From Candidatus Gastranaerophilales bacterium (GTDB lineage Bacteria; Cyanobacteriota; Vampirovibrionia; Gastranaerophilales; Gastranaerophilaceae): a DNA stretch of 64,000 nt. The position numbers were made by a program, and so were the translations under genes. The stretch is from the NCBI GenBank assembly GCA_944322685.1, contig CALUPP010000034.1:8475-72474 (forward strand), read 5' to 3'. Shown here one piece after another: positions 9,499 through 18,419 of the stretch. The notes beneath the pieces are model-generated. The model had not been told where the DNA came from and did not search any database. It saw only the letters and a program-made list of their open reading frames with translations. Position 1 is the stretch's first letter. Each line of letters starts with the position of its first letter.

Positions 9499-10059
9499 CT
9501 ATGCCAATTTTCTTTGCAAACTTTCAAGCCTGTGAGCTAAAGAGCCGTCAATTGTTTTATCCTGAATTTTTAAGATAATACCGGCAATAATATCGGGATT
9601 TATCGAATAATCAAGCACAATCGACTTATTCAGCTTGCTTTCAAGTTTAGTTTTCAGGTTTTCTCTCAAATCTTCATCGACTTCGACCGCAGAAACAACC
9701 TCAACACGCAAAATATTTTTTGCAGCGTCAAGCCCCTTTTCATAGCAGTACAAAATCGTCGGAATTAATGAAAATTTGTTTCTTTCACCCAAAAGATAAA
9801 GAAGATTCAAGACATCCGGTGAAATTTTACCGTCAAAAACGCTTCTCAATGTGTCCTTTTTTTCTGCGGCAGGGATTATCGGATGAGTCATAAAATTTCT
9901 GAAATCTTCTGATTCATCGTAAGCTTTTACAGCGGTTTGGATATCTTCTTGGAATTTATCCAGCTCGTTTTTGGATTTTGCAATCTCAAGTATCGCATCG
10001 GCGTATCTTTTTGCCGGTGCAATCAATTTATTATCAATATTTTTCACTGAATTTGCCAT
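9499..10059 (-). CDS. atpH: F0F1 ATP synthase subunit delta (OSCP)
   Basis: 186 aa, positioned between b and alpha. OSCP-like ...YADAILEIA... and C-terminal [22 protein letters not shown]. Confidence 0.85.
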   Translation of the reverse strand: MANSVKNIDNKLIAPAKRYADAILEIAKSKNELDKFQEDIQTAVKAYDESEDFRNFMTHPIIPAAEKKDTLRSVFDGKISPDVLNLLYLLGERNKFSLIPTILYCYEKGLDAAKNILRVEVVSAVEVDEDLRENLKTKLESKLNKSIVLDYSINPDIIAGIILKIQDKTIDGSLAHRLESLQRKLA

Positions 10060-10563
10060 TTAAACTTCCAGTCCGTCTATGTTGTTAATAAAATCGCTGA
10101 TGAACTTTCTGTGGAGCTCTTTGTTGCCGTCAAGAGCGCGTTTCACCTGCTTTTGCGCTACATCAACGGATGCTTTGCTTACATTTTTCATCAAAGAAGA
10201 TTTAACCTGCTTTTCCTCAGCGTCAAGCTGTTTTTGGGCGTTTTCCCTGATAGAAACAACAAGTTTATCAATTTCATCCTTAGATTTTGCCTCAAAAGCC
10301 TTGGCCGCAGAATCAGCCTTTTTGATAATTTCATCGATTTCAGCAGGAAGATTTTCAAGTGATTTTTCCACCTTGTGAAACGCGTCTTCTGCCTCTTTTT
10401 TCAAATTATCAGAAGATTCCACCGAATTTTGAATATCACGTCTTTGTGATTCCATTGCCTCGGGCAATTTCAGATATTTAAACAGAATTGCAAAGAAAAT
10501 CACAAGGATTGTGAAGTTAAACGCATTTGAATTAAGTATATTTGACCAAGAAAAATCAAGCAT
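10060..10563 (-). CDS. atpF: F0F1 ATP synthase subunit b
   Basis: N-terminal TM helix followed by a long charged helix. Abuts atpH and overlaps the b' gene by 8 nt. Confidence 0.8.
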   Translation of the reverse strand: MLDFSWSNILNSNAFNFTILVIFFAILFKYLKLPEAMESQRRDIQNSVESSDNLKKEAEDAFHKVEKSLENLPAEIDEIIKKADSAAKAFEAKSKDEIDKLVVSIRENAQKQLDAEEKQVKSSLMKNVSKASVDVAQKQVKRALDGNKELHRKFISDFINNIDGLEV

Positions 10564-11032
10564 TTTGTCTAATTACCTCGTCGACTTCCTCTGCTTTTAA
10601 CGGTTCAAAAGCAATGCCCTCGCCGATAAGCTTTGTTGTGATATTATTTGCGATATCCGCAACATTATCGCGAAATCCGAAATAAACATTGTTTTTTTCG
10701 TTATAAAGCTCATTTTTTTGAGCCTCAATCATCGTGCTTACCTCAGATTTTGCATCGTTAAGAACTTTTGCCCGCTCATTTTTGATGCTTTCGGTTTTCG
10801 CCGCAACAATATCACGCGATTTTCTGTGAGCTTCGCCGATTTTCTTCTCTTTATCCTCAAGAAGCTCGTTCGCATGTTTTTCATGTTCTTCGGCAGCAAG
10901 TTTATTGTTATTAATATAATCCTGACGCTTCTGCATAATAGCCAGAACCGGCTTATACATAATCTGGTTCATAATAATAACAAATATTATAAAACTTACT
11001 GCTGAAACTAATAATGTTGCGTTGAATTCCAT
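10556..11032 (-). CDS. atpF2: F0F1 ATP synthase subunit b' (second b-type subunit)
   Basis: Second b-like ORF (one TM helix plus a charged helix) between c and b, the arrangement seen in cyanobacteria and chloroplasts. Confidence 0.75.
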   Translation of the reverse strand: MEFNATLLVSAVSFIIFVIIMNQIMYKPVLAIMQKRQDYINNNKLAAEEHEKHANELLEDKEKKIGEAHRKSRDIVAAKTESIKNERAKVLNDAKSEVSTMIEAQKNELYNEKNNVYFGFRDNVADIANNITTKLIGEGIAFEPLKAEEVDEVIRQNA

Positions 11033-11117
11033 ATTTGCCTCTGTTTGGGTACTTCGCTTGTTTTAAAGCGACGAATTTATCCGGGTTTCCGGCCATGCCG
11101 GTGCCCGAAGCGGACGT

Positions 11118-11372
11118 TTAGCCGATCATTCCGCTCAATTTCATAGCAATAAACAAGCCGTAAATTGCGCAGGCTTCTGCAAGTGCAGCACCGAGAAGGA
11201 AGAAACCTACCGCTTTACCAGCGATTTCCGGCTGTCTTGAAATTGCGTCCAAAAGACCTTTTGTTGCAACACCGATACCAAGACCTGCACCGATAGCACC
11301 AAATCCGATTGCAAGGCCTGCACCGATATCAGCCAAGCTGCCTGCTACTGTTGCTAATTGTTCTACTGCCAT
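11118..11372 (-). CDS. atpE: F0F1 ATP synthase subunit c
   Basis: 84-aa hairpin proteolipid with GAGLGIG, the loop RQPE, and the carboxylate in GAALAEACAIYGL. Confidence 0.95.
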   Translation of the reverse strand: MAVEQLATVAGSLADIGAGLAIGFGAIGAGLGIGVATKGLLDAISRQPEIAGKAVGFFLLGAALAEACAIYGLFIAMKLSGMIG

Positions 11373-11466
11373 AATTCTCTCCTTTTTTATTTTGTTTTTT
11401 TATGTTTTTTTATTTTACCTTGACCGGACTGGCCGGATTTCTGAAATTTTCAGAATTAAACTTGTG

Positions 11467-12156
11467 CTAATGTTCTTCCTCTGCAGTCGCGAGCGCCACA
11501 TAAGCGGTTGCGAGCATAGTGAACACCAGAGCCTGTACAAATGCAACGAAGACCTCAAAGAGCATTATCGGGAGCGGCAAGAAATAGGCAAAAATCCCTA
11601 CAAATGCCGCAACCAAAAGTTCTCCTGCCAAAATATTGGCAAAAAGCCTGAGTGCGAGCGTAAAAGGTCTGATTACCATCTCAGCAAGCTCAACAATCGC
11701 TTCGACGACGTCAATAGGGTTAAAGCTGCGCAGGAAATATCTTATTCCCTTTGCCCTAACGCCCTGATATACATAATAAATCAGAACCAGAATAGCCATG
11801 CCGGCCGTCATATTGATGTCGTTTGTCGGCGAGGCGAGTTCGCCCTGTTTAAGGTGATAGATTTTCCAAGGAATCTGCCCCATGAGGTTCGCAACGACAA
11901 TAAACAAGAACAAAGACGCAATCAAAGGAACATGTTTTGCCCCTGATTTGCCTATCATTGAATCCGTCAGACCGCCGAAGAAACACATGATTTTTTCAGC
12001 AACAGTTTGCAGGGTATTTGGCACAAGCGAAAGTTTTCTCGTCGCCAAAACAGCAAACAAAATGAGCACTGCCATCGCAATCCACATGGTAATAAGAGTA
12101 TCCATGTTTACGCTCATATTGTGACCTAAATTTACTATCCAATGGCCTTCTGACAT
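11467..12156 (-). CDS. atpB: F0F1 ATP synthase subunit a
   Basis: Polytopic membrane protein with the conserved RPFTLALRLFANILAGE stator arginine motif. First gene of the operon. Confidence 0.9.
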   Translation of the reverse strand: MSEGHWIVNLGHNMSVNMDTLITMWIAMAVLILFAVLATRKLSLVPNTLQTVAEKIMCFFGGLTDSMIGKSGAKHVPLIASLFLFIVVANLMGQIPWKIYHLKQGELASPTNDINMTAGMAILVLIYYVYQGVRAKGIRYFLRSFNPIDVVEAIVELAEMVIRPFTLALRLFANILAGELLVAAFVGIFAYFLPLPIMLFEVFVAFVQALVFTMLATAYVALATAEEEH

Positions 12157-12250
12157 TACTAATCCTTTTTGTTAACCCTCTATATAGCCATGCTACATTT
12201 TTGATTATAATACAAAAAAATAAAATGAGGTAAGTTTTTATTTTTATATA

Positions 12251-12285
12251 AAAAAGTACGCATGCGATTACGCTGCGTACTTTTT
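12251..12285 (-). terminator. bidirectional hairpin terminator separating the pilin-like gene from the atp operon
   Basis: AGTACGCA-(11 nt)-TGCGTACT flanked by A5 and T5. A TATAAT box for the atp operon follows on the minus strand at 12204-12209. Confidence 0.65.
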
Positions 12286-12305
12286 GTGTCATATATCACT
12301 AAAAA

Positions 12306-12779
12306 TCAGCCATTCGGAGTGACTTCATCTTCTGATGTTTCTTTCAATGTAAATTTAAAAATATCAACATCCAGTTGATTCGGTAACGACGGGCCGTTTA
12401 CATCAATATAGTAGTCATCACCCACATTTCCGATAGCTGACTTGTCCGAAAGCACAACCGCCGTAGTCATACCTGTAATAGGTGACTTAAAACAGTCGTT
12501 TATATTATTTCCGTCACATTTTTTTATTATCTTTAGCTGTGGAAGAATATATTTTGTAAATTTATCTCCGGTCCAATTTTCAATAGGCCCGTTGTCAACC
12601 ATTGCAGAATCTAACGCCTGCTCCAAAGAAAAATACGTTTTTTTCAATTGAGTAGCAGTTTGTTCTTCAAATGCACGTTTTCTTACCGTAGGAATCGTTA
12701 ATGTGGCAATAATAGCCAATATCGCGATTACAACAAGCGCTTCTGCAAGAGTGAATGCATTGTTTTTCTTCATTATCAT
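12306..12779 (-). CDS. prepilin-type N-terminal cleavage/methylation domain protein (pilin/pseudopilin-like)
   Basis: N-terminus KKNNAFTLAEALVVIAILAIIATLTIP is a class III signal with the conserved Glu at +5, followed by a small globular domain. Confidence 0.8.
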   Translation of the reverse strand: MIMKKNNAFTLAEALVVIAILAIIATLTIPTVRKRAFEEQTATQLKKTYFSLEQALDSAMVDNGPIENWTGDKFTKYILPQLKIIKKCDGNNINDCFKSPITGMTTAVVLSDKSAIGNVGDDYYIDVNGPSLPNQLDVDIFKFTLKETSEDEVTPNG

Positions 12780-12798
12780 AAAACCCGACCTTTCTCGG

Positions 12799-13224
12799 CT
12801 ATTTTTTCTCGCCAGAATTCAGAATTTTTGCTGCACTTTCTGATGGAACAAATTTATATCCCCGTGAATTTGAGATATTGCCGGAATTGCCATAAACAGA
12901 TTCATGCAAACTACCTGCTGTCGGGCCACTAAAACCAGCAGAGGGCTTTGATTCCATTCCTGACAAGGAAGAACCGCTATCGGAACTGCTTGCATCTTCA
13001 TTTTTACCAGATTCTTCATTCGTCTTATCAGATTCTTTATCAGGTTTAAAATCTACTGTCCCTTCTTCTATCTCAATTTTATTAAGGTTACCATTTGCCG
13101 ACCCTTTTATTGATGTAGATGTAGATGACTGCATTTGCTGAACTGCCGCATTAGATGATGAAGTTTGCCATGCAAAAATTGCAATAACACTCAACATAGC
13201 TATTAATGAGATTTTTCTTTTCAT
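12799..13224 (-). CDS. secreted Ser/Gly-rich low-complexity protein (141 aa)
   Basis: Signal peptide MKRKISLIAMLSVIAIFAWQ...SNAA followed by a disordered S/E/G-rich sequence. Lies between two pilin-like genes. Confidence 0.55.
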   Translation of the reverse strand: MKRKISLIAMLSVIAIFAWQTSSSNAAVQQMQSSTSTSIKGSANGNLNKIEIEEGTVDFKPDKESDKTNEESGKNEDASSSDSGSSLSGMESKPSAGFSGPTAGSLHESVYGNSGNISNSRGYKFVPSESAAKILNSGEKK

Positions 13225-13242
13225 TGAAACTTCCTTTCTTTT

Positions 13243-13818
13243 TTACCAAGCTGTTATTTTCCACCCGTTTTTAACGAGATTTTCTGCATTTTCTCTTTTA
13301 TCACCCAGACTTGAGCTGTCCGGGAAAAATTTGTAATAAGTATCGCCGTCTTCTGTAACTTGTTTTAAATCAAACCTAAAAACATCAATTCCCAGCACAT
13401 TAGGATCTTCAAGACCGTTCGCATCAACATAAAATTCATTTGTTGCGCCGGTTTTTACTCCGAATGTAATACCATCCAGTGTAGCAAATCCCGCAGTAAT
13501 GTCAGTCACTCCGCTCACACTAAAACAATCACTTACAGGTGCACTTGAGCCAAGTACCTGACAAGATTTAGCCAGATTTATCTGGTTCAACATATCCGGA
13601 ATCACGTTTGTCGGCATTTTCCCCATATTGAATGCTATTGCTTTATCCAAAGAGGACTCAAGTGTTTGATAACCTTTTTTTGCGCCGGTTTCAATCTGCA
13701 CTCTGAAATTATCCCTGCGCAATACCGGAATACATAAAGCAGAGATTATTGCAATTATAACCAGCGCCATGAGCGCTTCAGCGAGTGTAAATCCTTTTAT
13801 TTTTCCTAATTTGAGCAT
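13243..13818 (-). CDS. prepilin-type N-terminal cleavage/methylation domain protein (pilin/pseudopilin-like)
   Basis: LGKIKGFTLAEALMALVIIAIISALCIP. The C-terminal motif YVDANGLEDPNVLGIDVFRFDL is paralogous to YIDVNGPSLPNQLDVDIFKFTL of the 12306-12779 ORF. Confidence 0.8.
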   Translation of the reverse strand: MLKLGKIKGFTLAEALMALVIIAIISALCIPVLRRDNFRVQIETGAKKGYQTLESSLDKAIAFNMGKMPTNVIPDMLNQINLAKSCQVLGSSAPVSDCFSVSGVTDITAGFATLDGITFGVKTGATNEFYVDANGLEDPNVLGIDVFRFDLKQVTEDGDTYYKFFPDSSSLGDKRENAENLVKNGWKITAW

Positions 13819-14273
13819 GAAGTTCCTTTCTTAACTAATTTTCTGAGATTAATGTACTTGGATACCTCTTTTCCCAGCGAATCGACACTGCTCAAATACG
13901 GGCTGTCAATATGCGACCTGTAATCGTACTTAGGGTCAATAATATAGACCGTCGGAAACGCCGAAATTTTGTATTCTTTAACAATTGCCTCATTTTTCGG
14001 ATTTTCAACATCAAACAACACGACATTTATGTCATTTTTATAGATATTTCTCACTTTATCCAGCTTTGGCATAAATTTTATGCAATATGTGCACCAATCA
14101 GCATAAAACACCGCCAAAATCGGCTTGTCCTGAGCGGATGCTTTTTCATATGTCATGCCTATGTCATAATCAGACGGTTTAAGATTACTTTTTGGTAAAA
14201 TAGCCTTGCAGCTGGTCACGGAAAGACCCACCAAAATCAACGCAAAAAGCGCTATTAATGTTTTTTTTATCAT
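13806..14273 (-). CDS. thioredoxin-fold lipoprotein (thiol:disulfide oxidoreductase-like)
   Basis: Lipobox LSVTSC and the thioredoxin active site AVFYADWCTYCIKF. Overlaps glgC by 4 nt and the pilin-like gene by 13 nt. Confidence 0.75.
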   Translation of the reverse strand: MIKKTLIALFALILVGLSVTSCKAILPKSNLKPSDYDIGMTYEKASAQDKPILAVFYADWCTYCIKFMPKLDKVRNIYKNDINVVLFDVENPKNEAIVKEYKISAFPTVYIIDPKYDYRSHIDSPYLSSVDSLGKEVSKYINLRKLVKKGTSCSN

Positions 14274-15505
14274 AGTTTAGCTCCTTTTGGCACTACTGTC
14301 ACGCCGTTTGGAGATACGTAAAAACCTCTTGCCAAATCCTCCTCCTTATCAAACCCTATTTTTGTATAAGGCGGTATATCGACGTTTTTGTCTATTATCG
14401 CTTTTGAAATGTGGGAGTGCCTGCCCACGTTAACATTTTCCATTAATATCGAGTCAACAACACTCGAAAAACTGTTGATTCTGACTTTTGGAGAGAGTAT
14501 GCATCTGGAAAGCGACCCGCCGGAGATGACGCAGCCTTCTGATACCATGGAATTTGTCGCCATGCCTCGTCTTTCGCGCTCTTCCCAGATGAATTTTGCC
14601 GGAGGATAGTTATAATTAAACGTTCTCAACGGCCATTCCTTTGAATATAGGTTCAACTCAGGGTCATACGCAAGCAAATCCATATTAGCCTGCCAATATG
14701 CGTCAATTGTCCCGACATCACGCCAGTATCCGCGCTCGGATTCTTCCATGCCCGGGAAAGTATTCCTTGTAAAGTCATAAACAAAAACTCTTTCCCCGTT
14801 TTTTAGCATAGACGGGATAATATCTTTGCCAAAATCGTGGTTAGAATCCGTTTTTTGTGCGTCAGATTCAAGTTCTGAAATTAATTTTTCTTTTTTAAAT
14901 ATATAATTACCCATTGAAGCGAGGCATTTTGACTCGTCACCGGGGATGTGCTTGGGTTTTGTTTTCGGTTTTTCAACAAAAGCCGTAAGCCGCCAATTTT
15001 CGTCCACCTCGATTATTCCGTATTCGCCCGCGTCCTCAATCGGTATGGGAATCGCAGAAATCGTCAAATCCGCTTCGTTTTTTTTGTGATAATCGAGCAT
15101 TTGTGCGACGTTCATTTTATAAATATGATCACCGCCGAAAACGCATATATATTCGCAATCCTCATCCTTTATATGATGAAGATTTTGATACACGGCATCG
15201 GCCGTACCCTGATACCAGTGCCCGTCTATGCGCATTTGAGCGGGAACGAGGTCAACATACTGGTTAATTATCGGAGAAAGCGGCCAGCCGCGTGCAATAT
15301 GCTTATTTAAAGAATCTGATTTGTACTGCGTTAGTATTTTGAGCTTATAAAAACCCGAATTGATAAAATTATTAATGACAAAATCAATAATTCGGTATCT
15401 GCCGCCGAATGGCACCGCGGGTTTTGCTCTGTCTCTGGTCAGCGGGTATAATCTTTTTCCTTCGCCGCCCGCAAGTATCATGACCAGACTGTCTTCAATT
15501 GCCAT
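14270..15505 (-). CDS. glgC: glucose-1-phosphate adenylyltransferase
   Basis: ILAGGEGKRLYPLTRDRAKPAVPFGGRYRIIDF... and a left-handed beta-helix C-terminus. Start placed at ATG 15505 (RBS AGGAG) rather than at 15532. Confidence 0.9.
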   Translation of the reverse strand: MAIEDSLVMILAGGEGKRLYPLTRDRAKPAVPFGGRYRIIDFVINNFINSGFYKLKILTQYKSDSLNKHIARGWPLSPIINQYVDLVPAQMRIDGHWYQGTADAVYQNLHHIKDEDCEYICVFGGDHIYKMNVAQMLDYHKKNEADLTISAIPIPIEDAGEYGIIEVDENWRLTAFVEKPKTKPKHIPGDESKCLASMGNYIFKKEKLISELESDAQKTDSNHDFGKDIIPSMLKNGERVFVYDFTRNTFPGMEESERGYWRDVGTIDAYWQANMDLLAYDPELNLYSKEWPLRTFNYNYPPAKFIWEERERRGMATNSMVSEGCVISGGSLSRCILSPKVRINSFSSVVDSILMENVNVGRHSHISKAIIDKNVDIPPYTKIGFDKEEDLARGFYVSPNGVTVVPKGAKL

Positions 15506-15732
15506 AATGCTCCTAACTATTTTGCAACACAAATTCTATATTAAATAATAGCATATTTTCAATATCGGGTGCAAGCCGGTTAATCATTTATTTTTAGCGC
15601 TCAAAAAAGCAAAAAATTTCCCTATCATCTTATTAATTACTCCGAAAAAAACTCAAAATATATACAGTTGTGCAATTTATTAAATTTTTTGGCGCGGGTA
15701 ATATTCTCGTAAAGTCAAAGGAGGAAATGAGG

Positions 15733-16593
15733 ATGTACAATTCAATAATACAGGCGCAATGCGTATCAATGGAAAGCCTGGAACATTTATTTATTGATCT
15801 GGAATACACAAAATCGCAAACCAAAAGCACAACTCTTTACCGCAGCAGAAGTTTTAATCAAAAAAACAAAAAATATCTTCAATTTGATGAAGTAAAAGAG
15901 GCGCTCAAAGATGCGGACAAAAGCAATTTAAAATATATTTATTTTGTGGGCAAAGATCCGCTTTCTCACACGGATTTTAATCAAATTTTGCGCTTGTGCC
16001 TGAATTTTGCGCCCGTAACGATTTATACGGACGGAAACTGCATTAATGACAAGAAAGCCCGCTTCCTAAAGCGCGTTGAAGACGAAGGAACCAACGAAAT
16101 TATTTTTAAAATTTATATTAACCATTTTGACGAGAAAATAAACGACGAAAGAAACACCCGCGGCTCTTTCAGAAAAGCCATGCACGCAATAAGCTCGCTG
16201 AATAAATACGGTTTTAACCCAATTTTGACAGTTTTGAAGCAAGAAAATGACAACGAAAATGAAATGATTGCAGGTTTTAAGGAATTGGGGTTAAAATTTG
16301 CTTTTGAAACCGAAGATATAAATTTTTGCTTTATTCCCGAGTCCGTTTTTCAAAAACAAGACGCAGAAATACCCGCAAATCTGCCAGACACAAAAGATTT
16401 ACAACTGGACTGCAAAAGTTCAAGAATGTTGACAAAAAACGGTGTTTACATCTGTCCGATTCTTGCAAACGATTACAGAGGGCGCTGCGGAGGCACTCTA
16501 AAAGACTTCAGCAAAAAATCCTACCTGGAAACCCCTCAGTGCGCAAAATGTATTGAAAATGGCGGAAACATTTACGTTAACCAATGGGAATAA
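15733..16593 (+). CDS. radical-SAM-fold / SPASM-like protein lacking the CX3CX2C cluster motif
   Basis: Aligns by eye to the radical SAM core (GKDPL in place of GGEPL, TDG in place of TNG, DERNTRGSF in place of D..RG.GsF). Cys-rich C-terminus: C..YICP...CGG...CAKC. The cluster-binding segment reads YTKSQTKSTTLY. Start chosen at the ATG 8 nt after AGGAGG; alternatives are 15727 and 15670. Confidence 0.6.
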   Translation: MYNSIIQAQCVSMESLEHLFIDLEYTKSQTKSTTLYRSRSFNQKNKKYLQFDEVKEALKDADKSNLKYIYFVGKDPLSHTDFNQILRLCLNFAPVTIYTDGNCINDKKARFLKRVEDEGTNEIIFKIYINHFDEKINDERNTRGSFRKAMHAISSLNKYGFNPILTVLKQENDNENEMIAGFKELGLKFAFETEDINFCFIPESVFQKQDAEIPANLPDTKDLQLDCKSSRMLTKNGVYICPILANDYRGRCGGTLKDFSKKSYLETPQCAKCIENGGNIYVNQWE

Positions 16594-16597
16594 AAAG

Positions 16598-16629
16598 CAA
16601 AAAGGCAATTTCTGAGAAATTGCCTTTTT
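16598..16629. terminator. bidirectional terminator between convergent genes
   Basis: GGCAATTTC-tga-GAAATTGCC flanked by an A-run and a T-run. Confidence 0.75.
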
Positions 16630-16647
16630 AATATCATAATTTTTAAT

Positions 16648-18216
16648 TTAAGCAGCTACACCGCCGAGCAAACCGCCGTCTTTATCATAATGTCTTACGC
16701 CGCTTCCGCCGTTCCACCATGAGCCGCCATCGTATTTCATATCGAACGAACCGTCAGCGTATGTTTTCACAATTTCGAATTTCATTCCGCTTCTATAAGT
16801 ACTTTGTGCCTTTTTAACTGCCTCAGCAGAGGGCTGCGGGTATGTATTTGTATCGGTTTCTGTTTTTGCCGGAGATTTTTCTTCGGCTTTTGGAGGTCTG
16901 CCGAGCAAGCCGCCGTTTTTATCATAATGTCTTACGCCGCTTCCGCCGTTCCACCAAGAGCCGAAATCATATTTCATATCAAAAGATCCGTCCGGATACA
17001 TTTTTACAACTTCAAACTTACCGCCGCTTCTAAAAGTGCTCTGCGCATTTTTAAGAGCCTCAGCTGACGGCTGATTTTCAGATTTCTGCGGTTTTGAAGA
17101 AGTTGCAACTTCTACAAAGAACGGAACATCATCCGGATTTGCGCATCCGACATGTACAAATTTTCCGTTTTTGCCGAGTTCGTAGATATTGCCGTCCTTG
17201 TCGATAAATTTGCCTTTTCCGTAAGGTTTTACATCTTTCATTGTAATAGTTTCAGCTTTTTGACGGCTTTGTTCAATAATTTCGTCTTTTTCTACAACAG
17301 GCGGATTAACGCCGAGCTTGTTGTCCCTTATGAGCGTACCGTCTTCAGTCATGATGTAATATTTGTTTTCAGCTTTGTTTACGTAGCGTTTTGTAGCGGG
17401 ATCATATTCGTATGTGAATGTGTTGCCTGATTTTTCGCTTTTTATTGTGAATTTTGTAATCATGCCGTCCGCATTTTGTTCAAAATCTTCAAGCCTGCCG
17501 TCTATTGTGCCATTCGGATTATTCGGATTTGTTACTTTTATTTCAGAACCTTTCTTAAACCCAGTTTCTTCTTCAGATTCAACTTCTGTCGGTAATTCTG
17601 CCACAGGAGCTTCTTCTTCGGATGTTTTAACGGTTTCAAGCGGAGCCGGAGCTTCTTCCTGCGGTTCATCTACTGCGGGAGCCTTTTCTTCTGTATAAAG
17701 CCCGTCAAGGCGGGTGTTAAATTCATCAGTTCCGACGCCAGCATTGTATTTTGCAAGTTTTTTATCAATTTCAGCGATTAATTTTTTAATTTTCTGGCCT
17801 TCCTTCAAATCGGGAACCTCTCTGCTGATTGCAGCAGAGTATGCGTATTGCAATGCGAAACGCTGTTCGGTCAATTCCTGAACCTCGCGGCTTGAACCAT
17901 CGAGAGTAATCGGATTTGACATGTTATCTTTTGTCAATTTTTTAGTTTTAATTTTTGCGTCGTATCTTCCGTCGCCATCGTAGTCGATTACTGTATATTT
18001 GCCGATGTTGATAGTATCGGTATTACCTTTTTCATATTCTTTATAGGAGTATTTTATGTCTTTTGTGCTGAAATTTATGGTTTCGTCATATCTTCCGTCG
18101 CCATCGTAGTCAACTTTGACCTTTTTGCCATTAACGTCAACTTTTGTCTTTTCCAAATCATACTTTTGGACAAAAGATTCAAGTGCTTTGTTGTTGAAAT
18201 GAAAATTAATCGACAT
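16648..18216 (-). CDS. repeat-containing hypothetical protein (522 aa) with DxDGDG Ca-binding-like motifs and a duplicated C-terminal module
   Basis: Two (V/I)DYDGDGRYD motifs near the N-terminus, an acidic/Pro linker, and two ~58-aa repeats QPSAEA.K.AQST.RSG.KFE.VK.Y.DGSFDMKYD.GSWWNGGSGVRHYDK.GGLLG (DNA 16900-17073 and 16663-16836). Confidence 0.65.
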   Translation of the reverse strand: MSINFHFNNKALESFVQKYDLEKTKVDVNGKKVKVDYDGDGRYDETINFSTKDIKYSYKEYEKGNTDTINIGKYTVIDYDGDGRYDAKIKTKKLTKDNMSNPITLDGSSREVQELTEQRFALQYAYSAAISREVPDLKEGQKIKKLIAEIDKKLAKYNAGVGTDEFNTRLDGLYTEEKAPAVDEPQEEAPAPLETVKTSEEEAPVAELPTEVESEEETGFKKGSEIKVTNPNNPNGTIDGRLEDFEQNADGMITKFTIKSEKSGNTFTYEYDPATKRYVNKAENKYYIMTEDGTLIRDNKLGVNPPVVEKDEIIEQSRQKAETITMKDVKPYGKGKFIDKDGNIYELGKNGKFVHVGCANPDDVPFFVEVATSSKPQKSENQPSAEALKNAQSTFRSGGKFEVVKMYPDGSFDMKYDFGSWWNGGSGVRHYDKNGGLLGRPPKAEEKSPAKTETDTNTYPQPSAEAVKKAQSTYRSGMKFEIVKTYADGSFDMKYDGGSWWNGGSGVRHYDKDGGLLGGVAA

Positions 18217-18371
18217 AAAATTCTCTCTTTCTTGATTTTTTCTCTATATCTAAATAAAAACCTTTTAATAAATAAAATTGCCATAAAAAGTATATACTCA
18301 AACCAAAATACTGAAATAACGCGCTTTTTAGTGCGTTACAAAAGTTAACAAAAAAAATTTGAACAATTTTT

Positions 18372-18396
18372 GAACATTTTTTTCAAAAGTTCGTTA
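18372..18396 (+). promoter_or_regulatory. candidate ECF-type promoter (GAAC-N16-CGTT)
   Basis: TGAAC (18371-18375), 16-nt spacer, CGTTA (18392-18396), about 25 nt upstream of the anti-sigma ATG at 18420. Confidence 0.4.
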
Positions 18397-18419
18397 TAGT
18401 ATATGTAAGGAAAAACGAT

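Noticed and set aside
11996-12292. 98-aa ORF upstream of and overlapping atpB as a possible atpI
   Set aside because: It overlaps atpB out of frame and spans the hairpin terminator at 12251-12285. It also lacks the hydrophobic helices expected of AtpI.
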